Translations under genes and position numbers: made by a program | The notes under the pieces: generated by a model | Database searches by the model: none | Told to the model about the DNA's origin: nothing | What the model saw: only the letters and a program-made list of their open reading frames with translations | Part shown: piece after piece, positions 42,380-55,021 of the stretch | How the letters are laid out: each line of letters starts with the position of its first letter | How positions within the stretch are numbered: the first letter of the stretch is position 1 | Source: Chrysomallon squamiferum | Taxonomy: Eukaryota > Animalia > Mollusca | Assembly (NCBI GenBank): GCA_012295275.1 | Contig: CM022672.1 | Location: 21,452,001 to 21,516,000, forward strand | Reading direction: 5' to 3' | DNA length: 64,000 nucleotides

Positions 42380-43135
42380 ACAAAACAGAATCTGCTGTAT
42401 TGCTGATGTCTTGTTATCTAGTAAAGTCTTTTCAACCCTGATTAGTTGTAATGATTCGCAGTTTATTCTCAGACCTTGCGTTGCCTGTGTTTATAAAAGC
42501 AAATGGATTACGACTTGCGAACTTTCAATGGCTTCTTCTCATCCATCAGTCAAAATTGTGATTATAGCACTATGTGAAGTGAAAAAAAATTAACGTGCTA
42601 ATCAGAGCAAGCTGTTGTGAAGCATGTTAACACTATGTGAGTTTCACCTCTTTAAATACCTGTTGGTGTTTACGCATAAGTTCTTCTGTTTCAACCAGCA
42701 CAGAGTGAATTATTTTTTCTATACTGTGCCGTCAGTGTTTGGTGATGCTGATGTAAAGCGTACAAACTAATTAGCATTAATCACGAATCCATCAGTAGTG
42801 GACAGGGATATATTAGGTATAACTGTGCTGATCTAAGAGCTATGAGTCGATGCAAATGTTTCAAAAACAAAATTCAATGTTCCAGCCGTTGATATGGTTG
42901 CCCTTGTATACACTAACAAGTGACCTTTCTATACCAAATACGTTATTTTAATGAAGTGACTCTGACTACTTGGTTAGTACTCCTCTTCATCTACATGTAC
43001 AATTTCTGAAATGATTTGATTTGAGTTTAAATAAAGCGTTACATTAAGACGTGAATAGTGTGATATTTTAGATAGGAGTTTAGTCGTTTTGCATAATAGC
43101 TGGTCTTGATTGTCAGTCATTTCGCATATTGCCTG
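42380..43135 (-). mobile_element. Possible highly degenerate LTR-retrotransposon (BEL/Pao-like) fragment in lectin intron 5
   Basis: Higher-complexity intronic block with broken frames; weak strings such as ENKLRII recall the BEL/Pao KLRIVFD motif. Tentative. Confidence 0.22.
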
Positions 43136-43139
43136 GTGA

Positions 43140-43195
<56 letters not shown>

Positions 43196-43411
43196 TTAAG
43201 CGTTTATTTATATGTTTGCTTCTTTCTTTCTTCCTTTCTTCTTTGAATTTGTCAAGTATTATATCGAAGTGCGAAATAAAATATTGATAGGCATCCTAGA
43301 TAAAGAAAAGAAGAAAGAAACCGATAATAAAAATATCCAAAGAAGATGAAGGAAAGAAAATGCAACAAAATGTGAGAGTGACAGACGGTTATACCAACAG
43401 AGCATATTAGA

Positions 43412-43416
43412 CAGAG

Positions 43417-43504
<88 letters not shown>

Positions 43505-43552
43505 TGCGTGCAAGAGCGAGCGTGCGCGCGTGTGTGTGTGTGGGGGGGGGGA
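43412..43552. repeat. (GA)n microsatellite followed by (GT)n and poly-G
   Basis: Seen directly. Confidence 0.97.
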
Positions 43553-43574
43553 AGCAAAATTTAAGAAAGAATAC

Positions 43575-43677
43575 CATTTTCACTATACTGGCTCGATAAC
43601 AAAACGTTTACAACGAAATTTAATTCTTCTTCCGTGTTGATTTCCAAAAGAAAAGCGCCTCTCCCAACACAAGAACT
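43575..43677 (-). CDS. C-type lectin gene exon 5 (CTLD helix region)
   Basis: SSCVGRGAFLLEINTEEELNFV matches CTLD C-x-x-x-G-x-x-L-x-x-I-x-x-x-x-E-x-x-F. Acceptor tttttccag|; donor G|GTATTC; phase 0-1. Confidence 0.9.
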
Positions 43678-43706
43678 CTGGAAAAATAAAAAAAATAAAT
43701 AAAATA

Positions 43707-43760
<54 letters not shown>

Positions 43761-44106
43761 ACAAATAAATAAATAATGCAAAATAATGCAAAATTAAATT
43801 AAATTAAATTAAACAATCTTAAATAAATAAATGAATAACAACAGCTACAAGCATAACAACAACGACAACGAAGTTGACTATGACAACAACATCAACAACA
43901 ACAAATATAAAGACCCTTTTGAAACAAGTGGCACCATCAGTTCATTTTCAAGCAAATATCTAACAAATGATTTATAAAAGACCCTACTATGTGTTTTCTT
44001 GTGGAAATATAAAATATCCATTACTACTAATAGACATGGCAGCTTTTATAACCATGACTGTCTACACATAATTATATGTTTTATATATGTGCACGTGTAT
44101 GCGTAT

Positions 44107-44332
<226 letters not shown>

Positions 44333-44447
44333 TATGCACAAATAGACACACAGACGGATAAGAAGATAGACACAGACATGAAGAGTAGACTGGAAACATA
44401 CAACTATTACACGTGAATGTGTAAAACAACATATGAATTTTAATTAC

Positions 44448-44533
44448 CATAGCATCCATCCAAGGCATTTTATCGCGGACAAGAGCATAACAGTGTTTGT
44501 TAAAACTGGTCCAGCCGGGAGAACAAGTCATTG
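44448..44533 (-). CDS. C-type lectin gene exon 4 (CTLD N-terminus)
   Basis: AMTCSPGWTSFNKHCYALVRDKMPWMDAM is the canonical long-form CTLD start (C-x-x-G-W...C-Y...W-x-x-A). Poly-T AG acceptor; donor |GTAATT, phase 0. Confidence 0.93.
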
Positions 44534-46255
44534 CTAAAAAAAAAAAAAGTATATTTAGAATAATATGCAATAATTTAGAAGTTGTGAATAATAATTACGT
44601 TAATTTTGAATAATATATATATTAGACCAAAATCTAAGACAAGGATGAAAAGGAAATCTAGAATTATTAAGTGAATTTAAAATTATATTTAAATTTAGAT
44701 TAACTCGTAATTATAGAATTATTTGTAAGTTTTAAATTGTAAAATTACATATACGTGACGGATGTTACATCAAATGGACATGGTTACAACTGTCTTTACT
44801 TCAAAATTGTCTGAAACCTTTAAGCTCTACATATTAATATTTTTCCTTGGAATGAAAGTGAAATGGCCGTAGAAGACCGCTAGTTATAATTCAGCTTGAA
44901 AATAAAAGTATGAGGACGATTATTACATAGTTAAGTGTGATGAATATTATATTTTGTCCGCTGATAAAAAATGAGGTGTGATTCACTGCTGTTATGATAA
45001 AATCATTTTAATGCATGACCACGATCATGATGTGGTTTTGATGACATAACTAAACCTTTATAATTATTCCGAAGCCACTAAGGATTTGCCACTGAATCCT
45101 TTTGTGTTGCAAAAACCTTCAATTTTTCTAAAGGTATTGTTCGTCTAGTAAAATGTCAAGTTGATGCCAAAAAAAAAATTCAACAACAAACAATCATGAT
45201 TATCACCAGCAGTGTCATATCCTGGTGCAGTTTTAGAAAACCATGGTATAGAAATCTTTAACAGAAGCTGCTAAGGTAGATGATTCCATGTGGTTAATGA
45301 AATCGGGGGAACTTGGTGGGTGGCAGGAACTATTTCTTCAGCTTCTGTTTAATATGGAAACTTTTGTCCTCTTTGGATGGCCATTTTCCTGGCTGAACCA
45401 GCTCGATGCTGAACGTCCACTTCATCATTCCCATGATGAGTGTGTTTTATCTCTCCAGGAAAGAGTTTGTTATCATATAATATATATCTACTGAGCAGCC
45501 CAAGTCATTAAATTCGATTGGCTTTTCTTCGGTCATGTCAGCAAGGGTCTCATCAGCAGGCAAATTTCCACTTCATAATTTGTCAGAATGAAGGGGACAT
45601 AGCAACCGACTATGATTTGTTGAAAATAGCTCAGGAAATGAACAAAGAGGAAGTAATGAAGAATAGTGGATAAAATATCATCGTTCTGCATCTGTCATCT
45701 ACAGGTAATCAGTGTAACCACCATTTATGCTAAAGATGTTGAATGACTAAGGCGGTAATAAAGATTTATCTTGACTTGTAGGAATGTGACTAATGTTACT
45801 GCTCCAACTTTTTCCTTTGACGGATGTTACAGTTTTCTTTCCTCAAATACAACTGATATATTTTTTAACGTTGCCTTGGCTAGTGCTAAAAGAATTACAA
45901 AGAACATGATTATAGCCTTTCAGATTTACATAAACTTTGAGATGTTTTTTGGCTACCTCTTTTCAGAAAATATTTTAAGCTTCCATTTCTTTCTAAACGG
46001 ATGTTACTGACAATATGAATTGAGTGGCATGAAAAACAAAGCCAATTTGGTACGTGTGATTTGAGAGTTTTATTATTCCTATTTTGGGGCTGTTTTCGGC
46101 ATTGAAATAATGTGATATTTGTTGATGTTACAACCATGAGGATAAAAAAAATGTGTCAGCAAGAATTTTAATTTTTCTGCAAATAGGATTTCGGTGAATA
46201 AATTTTTACCCTTTGCCTAATGAAACGCATGCAACTTTTAATTCGTACAATTGCC

Positions 46256-46304
<49 letters not shown>

Positions 46305-46737
46305 TTAGTATGTTTTTTACGTCTAGAATGATATATCAAGCATTAAACTTGAAAGCATATTTATATATAAATAAATTTGTAAAAACGTAAGATTTGATCA
46401 GTATTCGAAATATTTATGGGAAAATTCTTGTTTTAATGCTTATAGATTAAAACATTATTTGATCTTTCTACTTTTTGTTGCTATTATATTATATTATTAT
46501 ATTATATTATATTATACTTATAAAATAAATACTTTATTACTATTCATTACAATACATTATAATATAATTATTTTATTACGATATATTATTAATACATTTT
46601 ATTTATTTAATATTTGTTTGTTTGTTTATCTTAGAATTATATTATACTTGGTTTAATTACCGCAATCTATTTAAAACAAAGTGAAAACCGGAACAAAACT
46701 GTTGTTTTGGGTGTTGTTTTTTTCAAATTATACTGAC

Positions 46738-46851
46738 CGACTTCATTGGATGTTGTCTTGCCCACGTTCTGAATGTCGTGTTCCAAATTAGTCAAACGGT
46801 CAACCTGAGTTTTCATTGCGTTGTTAACTTTTTCCAGTTTTGTTGAAACAT
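46738..46851 (-). CDS. C-type lectin gene exon 3 (coiled-coil stalk)
   Basis: Acceptor ctttttcgcgctag|; 114-nt open exon DVSTKLEKVNNAMKTQVDRLTNLEHDIQNVGKTTSNEV; donor G|GTCAGT; phase 1-1. Confidence 0.82.
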
Positions 46852-46957
46852 CTAGCGCGAAAAAGTCAAGGCAATGGTGAAAACAATAAAAGACAATTTA
46901 AATAAAAACGGACATTGTTATAGTTTGAAAATGTGACGGAAAAGCATTAAATTTGAG

Positions 46958-46959
<2 letters not shown>

Positions 46960-47039
<80 letters not shown>
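46960..47039. repeat. (CT)n microsatellite
   Basis: Seen directly. Confidence 0.98.
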
Positions 47040-47040
<1 letters not shown>

Positions 47041-47114
47041 ACGTATAGTTAAACTAATATAATAGTTATGACTAAAAAGACAAAATATTACACCTATCTA
47101 AAAATACATGTATC

Positions 47115-47310
47115 TATATATGTATGTATGTATGTATGTATGTGTGTTTGTATGTATGTATGCAGGTATGTATGTATGTACGCACGTACTGTATGTATGT
47201 ATATATATATGTATGTACGCACGTTCTGTATGTATGTGTTGTATGTATTATGTATGGGTGTATGTATATGTATAAATGTATTTATATATGTATATATGTA
47301 TTTATGTATG

Positions 47311-47341
<31 letters not shown>

Positions 47342-47436
47342 GTATGTACGTTTGTACGTATGTGCGTATGTACGTATGTGCGTATATATCCATGCATGTA
47401 TGTATATAAGTATGTATGTATGTATGTATGTATGTA
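47115..47436. repeat. Degenerate (TATG)n tetranucleotide tract
   Basis: Seen directly; lies in lectin intron 2. Confidence 0.95.
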
Positions 47437-47459
47437 GATTGGATATTTCTTAAGCCTAC

Positions 47460-47642
47460 CTTGTAAATCTGAATAGTCCATCGTTTTTGAATTTAGCTTT
47501 TCATACGTGTTCACCAGTTCCTTCCTGTCCCGATCTGCTTCCGATAGCTGAGTCTTGAGAACAAACTCACTCATGTCAAAGACGTTGGCTGCAGCAGCAG
47601 TAGCCGCCATTTCTTGCAGCTCTGCCCTGAAGGCAGATACAC
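47460..47642 (-). CDS. C-type lectin gene exon 2 (coiled-coil stalk)
   Basis: T-rich tract + TTGCAG acceptor; 183-nt open exon (SVSAFRAELQEMAATAAAANVF...YSDLQ); donor G|GTAGGC; phase 1-1. Confidence 0.85.
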
Positions 47643-47801
47643 CTGCAATATTATAAAAATGAAAAAAAAAAAAAAAAAAAAAAAAAAAGACGCTCATTAC
47701 ATGGTGACGGCAGGATTACTTTTAACTCTGTGGTTCACGTCAGTTGAAAAATGTTTACTAATTAATTAACTGCGAGTTAATTACCATGTGTTTTCACTTA
47801 C

Positions 47802-47991
47802 TTGCGCAGGATTTTTTCTTCAGGTCGTCAATCTCTTTTTCCAGTTTCGTAACATTTTCTGTAAACTCTTTCAGGCGGTTTTTGACAGCAGTCAGACTTC
47901 TGTCTTTACTTCCAAGTCCTTGGACCTTTTCTCCGAAAATATTTCCTTTTGTCAGCGTCAGGATGCTAAGGAAAATCCAAATCAGATACAT
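47802..47991 (-). CDS. Secreted coiled-coil C-type lectin, coding exon 1 (signal peptide + start of coiled coil)
   Basis: MYLIWIFLSILTLTKG signal-peptide-like stretch; heptad-like LTAVKNRLKEFTENVTKLEKEIDDLKK; donor A|GTAAGT, phase 1. Confidence 0.85.
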
Positions 47992-48029
47992 GATTTACTG
48001 AAGAGCGTAGACGTTTTCTGGGTTTTATT

Positions 48030-48068
<39 letters not shown>

Positions 48069-49630
48069 TTAATTATTATTATTATTATTTTTTTTTTTTT
48101 TTGGTCTTCTTGGTTGATATATTTTTCTAAAGGCTGGTTTTGCGCTTTCTTTGAGTCTGGCTAGTTCGCTGTTTGTGAAAGTTCGGGTTTCTTTTTACAC
48201 CGCTTGTTGTGTAGATATCTTGACTCCGAATGCCAGGTATGATCATTGCGTGAGTTCACGTTAAAAAGAAATAATAAAAAACAAATAAATGAATAATGAT
48301 TTCTTTTAGCGAACTTTCCATCAGATAATAATTTATGGGATCAGTTTCTTTAACAATTATGCTTTGCATGCTGTGTTGGTGGTTGTCAAGCGTCGCTAGC
48401 TGATTACTTATCTGGATTTCTTTAGCTTTTGATATTTTTTCCAGCTGTGATTGATAAACACGTGACGTCTTCAGAATTTTGTTTAAAAGATTAAAATATA
48501 TTTCGAAAGATAAAATAAGCATGCATATACATATGTAACACTCACACATACGAACACACGTATTCGCAACTGTCAAGCATGAACGTCCATTCTGAAAAAT
48601 GAAATAAAGGCTAAATAAAGGAAGTAAAAATAAAACGAACACTAAGCTGCCGAGTATGCCTTATATATGTATATATATATATATGTATAATAAAATAACT
48701 AATTAAAAAAAGAAAGAGATTAGAAACAAAGAAAAGAAAAAGGAGAGTAGCCAAAAAAACAACAAATAAGCATTGTAATAAAGACTCGGATAATTATCAA
48801 TGGCAAATCACTCAGTCAGTCATTTTTAATTTACCTAAATATAATGTAAGAAAGTTATCTAGAAATTATACGCTATCATCATAGTGACGGCATTAATATG
48901 TTAAAATATTTGTGAGACAGAAGAAATGATACTGAATAAGATCAGTCGACTCTGATTCTTAACTGATTTAAAATTAAAATAGTTTTGTATGTAGGCCAGA
49001 TCTTGAATATTCAAGCGTTAATTCAGGAAAGATTTTGTTATACTTATTTGTTGGTTTCCTCTGACATATGATGTCAATAGTTCAATCACAGAGGAGATAT
49101 GATATTCTAAAGAAATTTAAAAATAAGAGTGGTAACGATTGAAAACATATGCAAGGCATTTATCGAAAAAAAAAATAAAAAATGAAAAGAAAAGAAAGAA
49201 AGCAGAAAAAAATAAATAATAACAACAATAAAAACAAAACAAACTGTAGAAAGTTATGCTGAAACAAAATAAAAGAATAGCAACAACAAAATAATATATG
49301 TTTTCTATTACAATGATTATATAGACTATGAATAATATAACCTAAACTAAAATTTCGAATGTTAATATAGGAAAAAAATATATATTTTTCTTTTCTTTTA
49401 TGAATTATGATATTCTTCTGAGGTAAGATGATAATTAAAAATATGATTTACAGTTATTTAGAAAGTTGATTGTGAACTCGCTTTTAAATTATTAAATAAA
49501 ACGAAAAACTTTTACTTAGTAAATAAGCTAACACCATCAGATCGCATTATTACTAAAATTAATAATACCTCACAATTCCATTGTCTGGAATGAATGAATC
49601 ATATTCAACTGCTATTGTTGACGTCAAGTT

Positions 49631-49679
<49 letters not shown>

Positions 49680-50346
49680 CAGAACATGTTCCTAATGAAT
49701 AAAATTGTGTTATACCTTCCGAGTAAAATAATTTTAATTTCAAAAAGTGATGAGAATTTTGATAAAAACGTTGCTAGGATGACATCTGTGCTAAGCAACT
49801 TTTTTCGAAAACCATATAATTCAAAATTGGTGAGCGAGACCTTTTACCGATTGTATAGAGTTATCTCCCTGAAAAGATTTACTTTCGTTTCACGTTTATT
49901 GCAAAGAATTAAAAAATACCAAATTAAATTTAAAACAGAAACTGTGGCAGCTGGTTTGTCTGACTTGAAATATAATGAGCTGAATTTTACTACATTTTAA
50001 TTTTCGTTAAAAATTCTTTATCTTTTTATAAATATTAATTAAACATTCTAAGTAAGCTCAACCTGTATTATCATTATATATATATATATATATTTTTTTA
50101 ATAAATATGATACTTGTTACTGTTAGTATATAACTTTTCGCAAATTAGTTTAATTAATTTTAATTTTTACTATTACCGACTATTTTATAACCATTGAAGT
50201 TTTGAATTAATTTCACATATTAAGAAATCTTTAATATTATTGGCAAAATCTTTTTAATTTTCGTTTAATTTTAATTTCTTTTTCTTTTCTTCTATTTTTA
50301 GTGAGCCGTAGATAAAAGAATCAAGACATTCATTCTAGATCCTTTC

Positions 50347-50597
50347 ATGGAATGTCTCCGGCTACTAGTGTTTTATATACACTTGACCAAGACAGTAATT
50401 GTTGTAACCATTTCTTTCTCACAACAACAAGAGCTGTGCTGGTGGGATATTTTCAAATCTGAGAGGAAATGTCGCCCTCTGTGTGATAGAGGTTATTTCG
50501 GTCTTCACGGCATGAAAAATGTCATAAGTGGTTGACATGCAGAGACATGTCTGATGTTGTCATTGGACCAGAACTTGGTGCAGGTGCAGTTAAAATG
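50347..50597 (+). CDS. POMK: POMK (protein O-mannose kinase, SGK196) coding exon 1; contains an apparent 1-nt frameshift at ~50515-50520
   Basis: ATG 50347 gives a hydrophobic signal-anchor-like N-terminus, then CDRGYFGLHGMKN. After a -1 shift the sequence reads CHKWLTCRDMSDVVIGPELGAGAVKM, matching the POMK pattern C-x-x-G-x-F...MKNCxxWLxC...GxGAVK. GT donor at 50598; polypyrimidine+AG acceptor ending 50301 upstream implies a 5'UTR intron. Confidence 0.88.
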
Positions 50598-51021
50598 GTA
50601 ATTAATTAGGAAAATTTTAAATTTGATTTCGTCAAATGTTGTTTAGTTGTTTGGTTATTCCTTAAGATCTGATCATTTAATCAAATCTAGTGTTACTCTT
50701 TAAGAGTCATTCACCTTAAGTTTTTATATGTTATCAAGATGTGAACTTTTTATTCTGAATATCTGACTAGTTTATTTTGATTATTTGCTTAATATATTTT
50801 TTCACTATTTCTCTCTCTGCATACATACATACATTCGTTCATACATACATATATAATATTTTCATGATCATCAGCATATTTTGAATTTAGATTTGTTTTC
50901 TTTTTTCTGTTAGCATTAGTGAAAGTTTTAATTTTAGTTCTTTTCAAAGATAATGCATGTAAATTTAAAGCTGATAATGTAATTATTTCTTTTCCCCATT
51001 TATTTGTTTTTCTCCTTTAAG

Positions 51022-52044
51022 GTAACTCTGGCCTCTTGGCACAATTTTCCTGTTGTAGTTAACAGACTGAGACATGAGTCCTACAAAGATGACTTCCAAC
51101 ATGGACTGGACATGATAAAACTGTACCAGCCTAACCTGCGAGTCATACAACTAGTTGGATTCTGCAGGGAAAAGAATCTCTACCTCACTGAGTATCATCA
51201 CCTTGGATCAGCAGATTCTGTGGAAACTATCATGAATTCTTTGCAATCAAATTTAAAAGCAGAAGGTGACAGTAACAGCATTCAACAGCTGGATAGTTCT
51301 GAAACTGATAAATTTGTTGTTCCCAGCATGCAGTTGTACAAAGAAAATAATCTAGGTAAAAATGGTTTCTTAGAGAATGTGTGTTTAGTACTGGAATCTC
51401 CAGCCATGCAGCAACTAGGTTTCAGTAACCAGTGTCCTGTTATTAAACAATCTAAACAGTTATGAAAAACTGACAGAGAAGAGGAAATATTTAGTTTTGA
51501 TGTGAGCAAACATATTCCTGAAATTGATGAAAAGTTCCACAGTTTAAAAATAAGATTTCAATTATGCTTAGACTACATTTCTATCCTGGTTATTCTTCAC
51601 AATGGACCAGGAGGTACAAGAATTATGTGTGATTCAAATGATGTTGAAAAAACACTGAGTCAGTATTTGTTGACAGATGAGCTGAGACTCATTGTCAATG
51701 ATTTAGATGCTCTTCCATACGTCAGATCCTCAGCAGGAATAACTGCAAAGTGTGGTCATAAAGAAATATCTGGAGACTTTGTAGCCCCAGAGCAACTTTG
51801 GCCTTTCGAAGACAGAGAATTTCAAGATGAAGAAATGCCGGGTTATGATGAAAAAACAGATGTCTGGAAGATTCCAGAAATTTGTAATACATTTCTTGGC
51901 AGTGTTGATGGATCAACGAGTTTAAAACTTCATTTGTTTAATATAAACAATAAATGTAAAGATGACGATCCCAGAAAAAGACCGTCTAGTGAAAAAGTGT
52001 TTAATGAATATATAAACATATGGGATAAAGTGAGAAGTGTATGA
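51022..52044 (+). CDS. POMK: POMK coding exon 2 (kinase domain); in-frame TGA at 51463-51465 within a ~90-aa insertion
   Basis: Acceptor tttttctcctttaag|GTA, phase 0 as required by exon 1. Translation contains POMK-specific strings KDDFQHGL, TEYHHLGS, GTRIMCDSNDVEKTLSQYLLT, NDLDALP, KCGHKEISGDFVAPEQLWP and YDEKTDVWKIP. ORFs 51004-51465 and 51502-52044 are in the same frame. Stop TGA 52042-52044; several AATAAA follow at ~52067-52180. Confidence 0.93.
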
Positions 52045-52333
52045 AATAATGAATTATTCTTTTAATAATAAATCATAACAGAGAGTAGAATTTTTAAAAC
52101 TGTAATAAAAATGTTTCCAGGATTTAAAATAATAATAAATAAATGTCTTAATGCAGAAGTTGCCAAGGAAACTGCAATAAAACCATGTTTTTCACAGCTT
52201 TTTTAATAGCAGAGTTATCGCTGTGGATACAATTACAACAATCTACCTAATCACATATTTCAGGCTTAGAATGCAAAATAGTTTAAGCATAAATAAAAAA
52301 GAAAATATATATATGTGTGTGTATGTGTGTGTG

Positions 52334-52426
<93 letters not shown>

Positions 52427-54980
52427 GCAGATACATTGATTGACTGACTGATAGATAGATAGATAGATAAAGATATACACATATATAAGAGAAACCAAAA
52501 ACAAAAACAAAAAAAAAAAATAAACCTGTTCTTAAGTAACTGGAAATTCCTTTAACCCTTATAATAATGAGAGAAAAAACAACTAAACAGAATACATCCA
52601 GATAGCTGGTGAAAATATTTCAATCCTAACAGATGTTTGACACTTTTATGTCTGAAAAATTACTTTACTGTCTTGAAAATAGCAATACAAAAGAACTTTT
52701 AAATAAATGAAAAAGTCAAAATCCAGAACTGAACTCTTCACCCCATTCTTCCAGTGATTTGAAAAAGTTTTTATTTAATTTTTTTTTATAAACAACAAAA
52801 ACCACTCAGAACATTTAAGTACTTTTTTATTATTATACATTAAACACTGTTGGAGGAAAAGCTGTGTTTTAAAACAACAAAAATTGGCCACCTGATTTTA
52901 ACAGTAACAACAAATAATGAAGCCAAACTAATTTAAATAACTGTGTGTGAGAATTCTTTTAATAGTGTTTGTGATATATGAATAAATTCTGTTATCTTTA
53001 ACATGATTTACAATCTTTGGATCAGGTAACTTATACAAAATGTAGATTGATGATAAGCATGCTATAGTGAAAATAATATTAAGAAAGTAGTAGTTTTGGA
53101 AATGTTCCAGTTTAAAAAAAAAAACTGGTTTTTTTTTTTTTTCTTCATATCATAAAAGGTAAAACTTAGAATGGGAAGAAGAAGAAGAAATACAAGAATA
53201 CAATATAAACTTAATCAATACCTCTGATTAAAGGTTAGAATTTAAAATAAATAAATAAATACATACATACATAAATAATTAAATAAATAAATAAAAGACA
53301 GGAACAAAACAAAAGGACTGTTTGAAGAAAACTTAAATAATTTAGAAAAATGGAAATATGTTTTTAACATCTAGGTACGTAAGTAAGTAATCAGTGTATA
53401 TAACAAATCAAAATTTTTGTGTTTTGACACATAAACCAGAAATTGTAACAAATTCTTCTGTACACAAATTCAGACTAGTTTGGCTTCTTGTAACAACAGA
53501 ATAGAACAATCTATATTTTATATATTTAACGAAAAAATAAAAATACCAGCATGATGATATAACAAAAATTACAAACAAATTTAAAATATAACAGAATAAT
53601 TCAAAAACTAAATGCAACAATAAGTAACTTACACTTTGTACACTTTAATTAATCTCTTTGTGGGCATGAAATATTTGTTGTTTATGAGAAATCTGTTTAA
53701 ATGATTAAATGTGTGAGATTTATACTATATTCAAAACAAGTTGAAGAAATCCTTTAAAAACAGAACTGGACAGTTAGAAAAAGAAAGTATCTACTTTGTA
53801 ATAAATACAGCAAGCAGTTACCAGTTTAATATACATGGGAGTCAAGAGGTTTTTCAATGCACGAAAGAGATGTTAAAATTGGCTATGACTTCATTTTTAT
53901 TGCTACAAAAATATTTATTTTTCCTCATATCTATATTATAATGATTTAACAGTAACATAAGCAGGTATCATCAGTTTGACTTGTTTATTGTCAAATCAGT
54001 TTTTAAACAGAAAATTATAAAAATTAGGTTTTTTTACAATTATTTTAGAAAAATAACTATCATTTTGTTATTCATCTACTGTACTGAACAGACAAATGCC
54101 TCAATTTGAAATATTGATTGAAAAGACAAATTTTTACACAACAGAGAAAAATAAAACAAAAGAATTTGTAATGGATTGTCTTTTTATCTCTTCTGAAAGG
54201 TACTTTCATTTGTTTTTTTTACATCCTAATAAATATCATCTGTCTGTTCAGAGTATCAGGGATTCTGCTTTTTCAAAATCCATCAATAGTGGAAATGAAT
54301 TTTCTTCTTTTAAAAAATGTTCAGTGGTGGTAAAAATTAATTTAACAAGAAACTTTGTTCATCTTAACTAGATGTATGTTTGCCATCATATACATCAGCC
54401 ATTTTCATCCTTTTAATCTGCCACAGCATTTTTTGTTTTCTAAGGATTGAGAATAGCTGATCTTCAATACAATTTAATTTAATCTAACAGCAGACTTATC
54501 GAGTAAATAGATCTATGATACAGTTCATTATGGATTTTTAAAAATCAGATAGTACAAGTCAAAATGAGTAGCATAAAAATGATGAAGTGGATAAATAATT
54601 CAATTTTTTTCAAAATAAAACTTTTCTAGTGAATACAAAATAAAGCGGAAACCAAAATCTTAAGGAATTTGAAAGAAAAGAAATCCACTAACAACATGAA
54701 ACAGTCTTCAAAATATCAAAAAATGAACCATGAAATAAATAATTGTAAATATGACAACAAAATAATAAATTTTAGTGGAACATGAAAAAGAAAGACAAAA
54801 CAAATAATCAAAGGAAAGAAAACTTAGGATTATGAATTAAAATATAAAAAGATACTGTACTATTTAAAACCCTGACCAAATTTCTATTCTCATCTATTAA
54901 ACATTGTCTAAAAACAATTACAACAAACAAAATTTTCAATATATGGCCTCAATTAATGGAAGTTCCAATCAAAAACAAGT

Positions 54981-55021
<41 letters not shown>

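Noticed and set aside
42974-43132. AICEMTD...EIVHVDEEEY as a mutually exclusive alternative to lectin exon 5
   Set aside because: No polypyrimidine tract or matching donor, ends in a stop, and has the wrong length; exon 43575-43677 fits the CTLD far better.
48256-48642. 128-aa minus-strand ORF upstream of the lectin ATG
   Set aside because: Low-complexity ends, non-ATG start, no recognisable domain and no in-frame splice link to the lectin.
51356-51542. Cryptic intron AG|GTAAAA ... CCACAG| removing the POMK internal stop
   Set aside because: Donor is phase 1 and acceptor phase 2 (frameshifting), and the acceptor lacks a pyrimidine tract.
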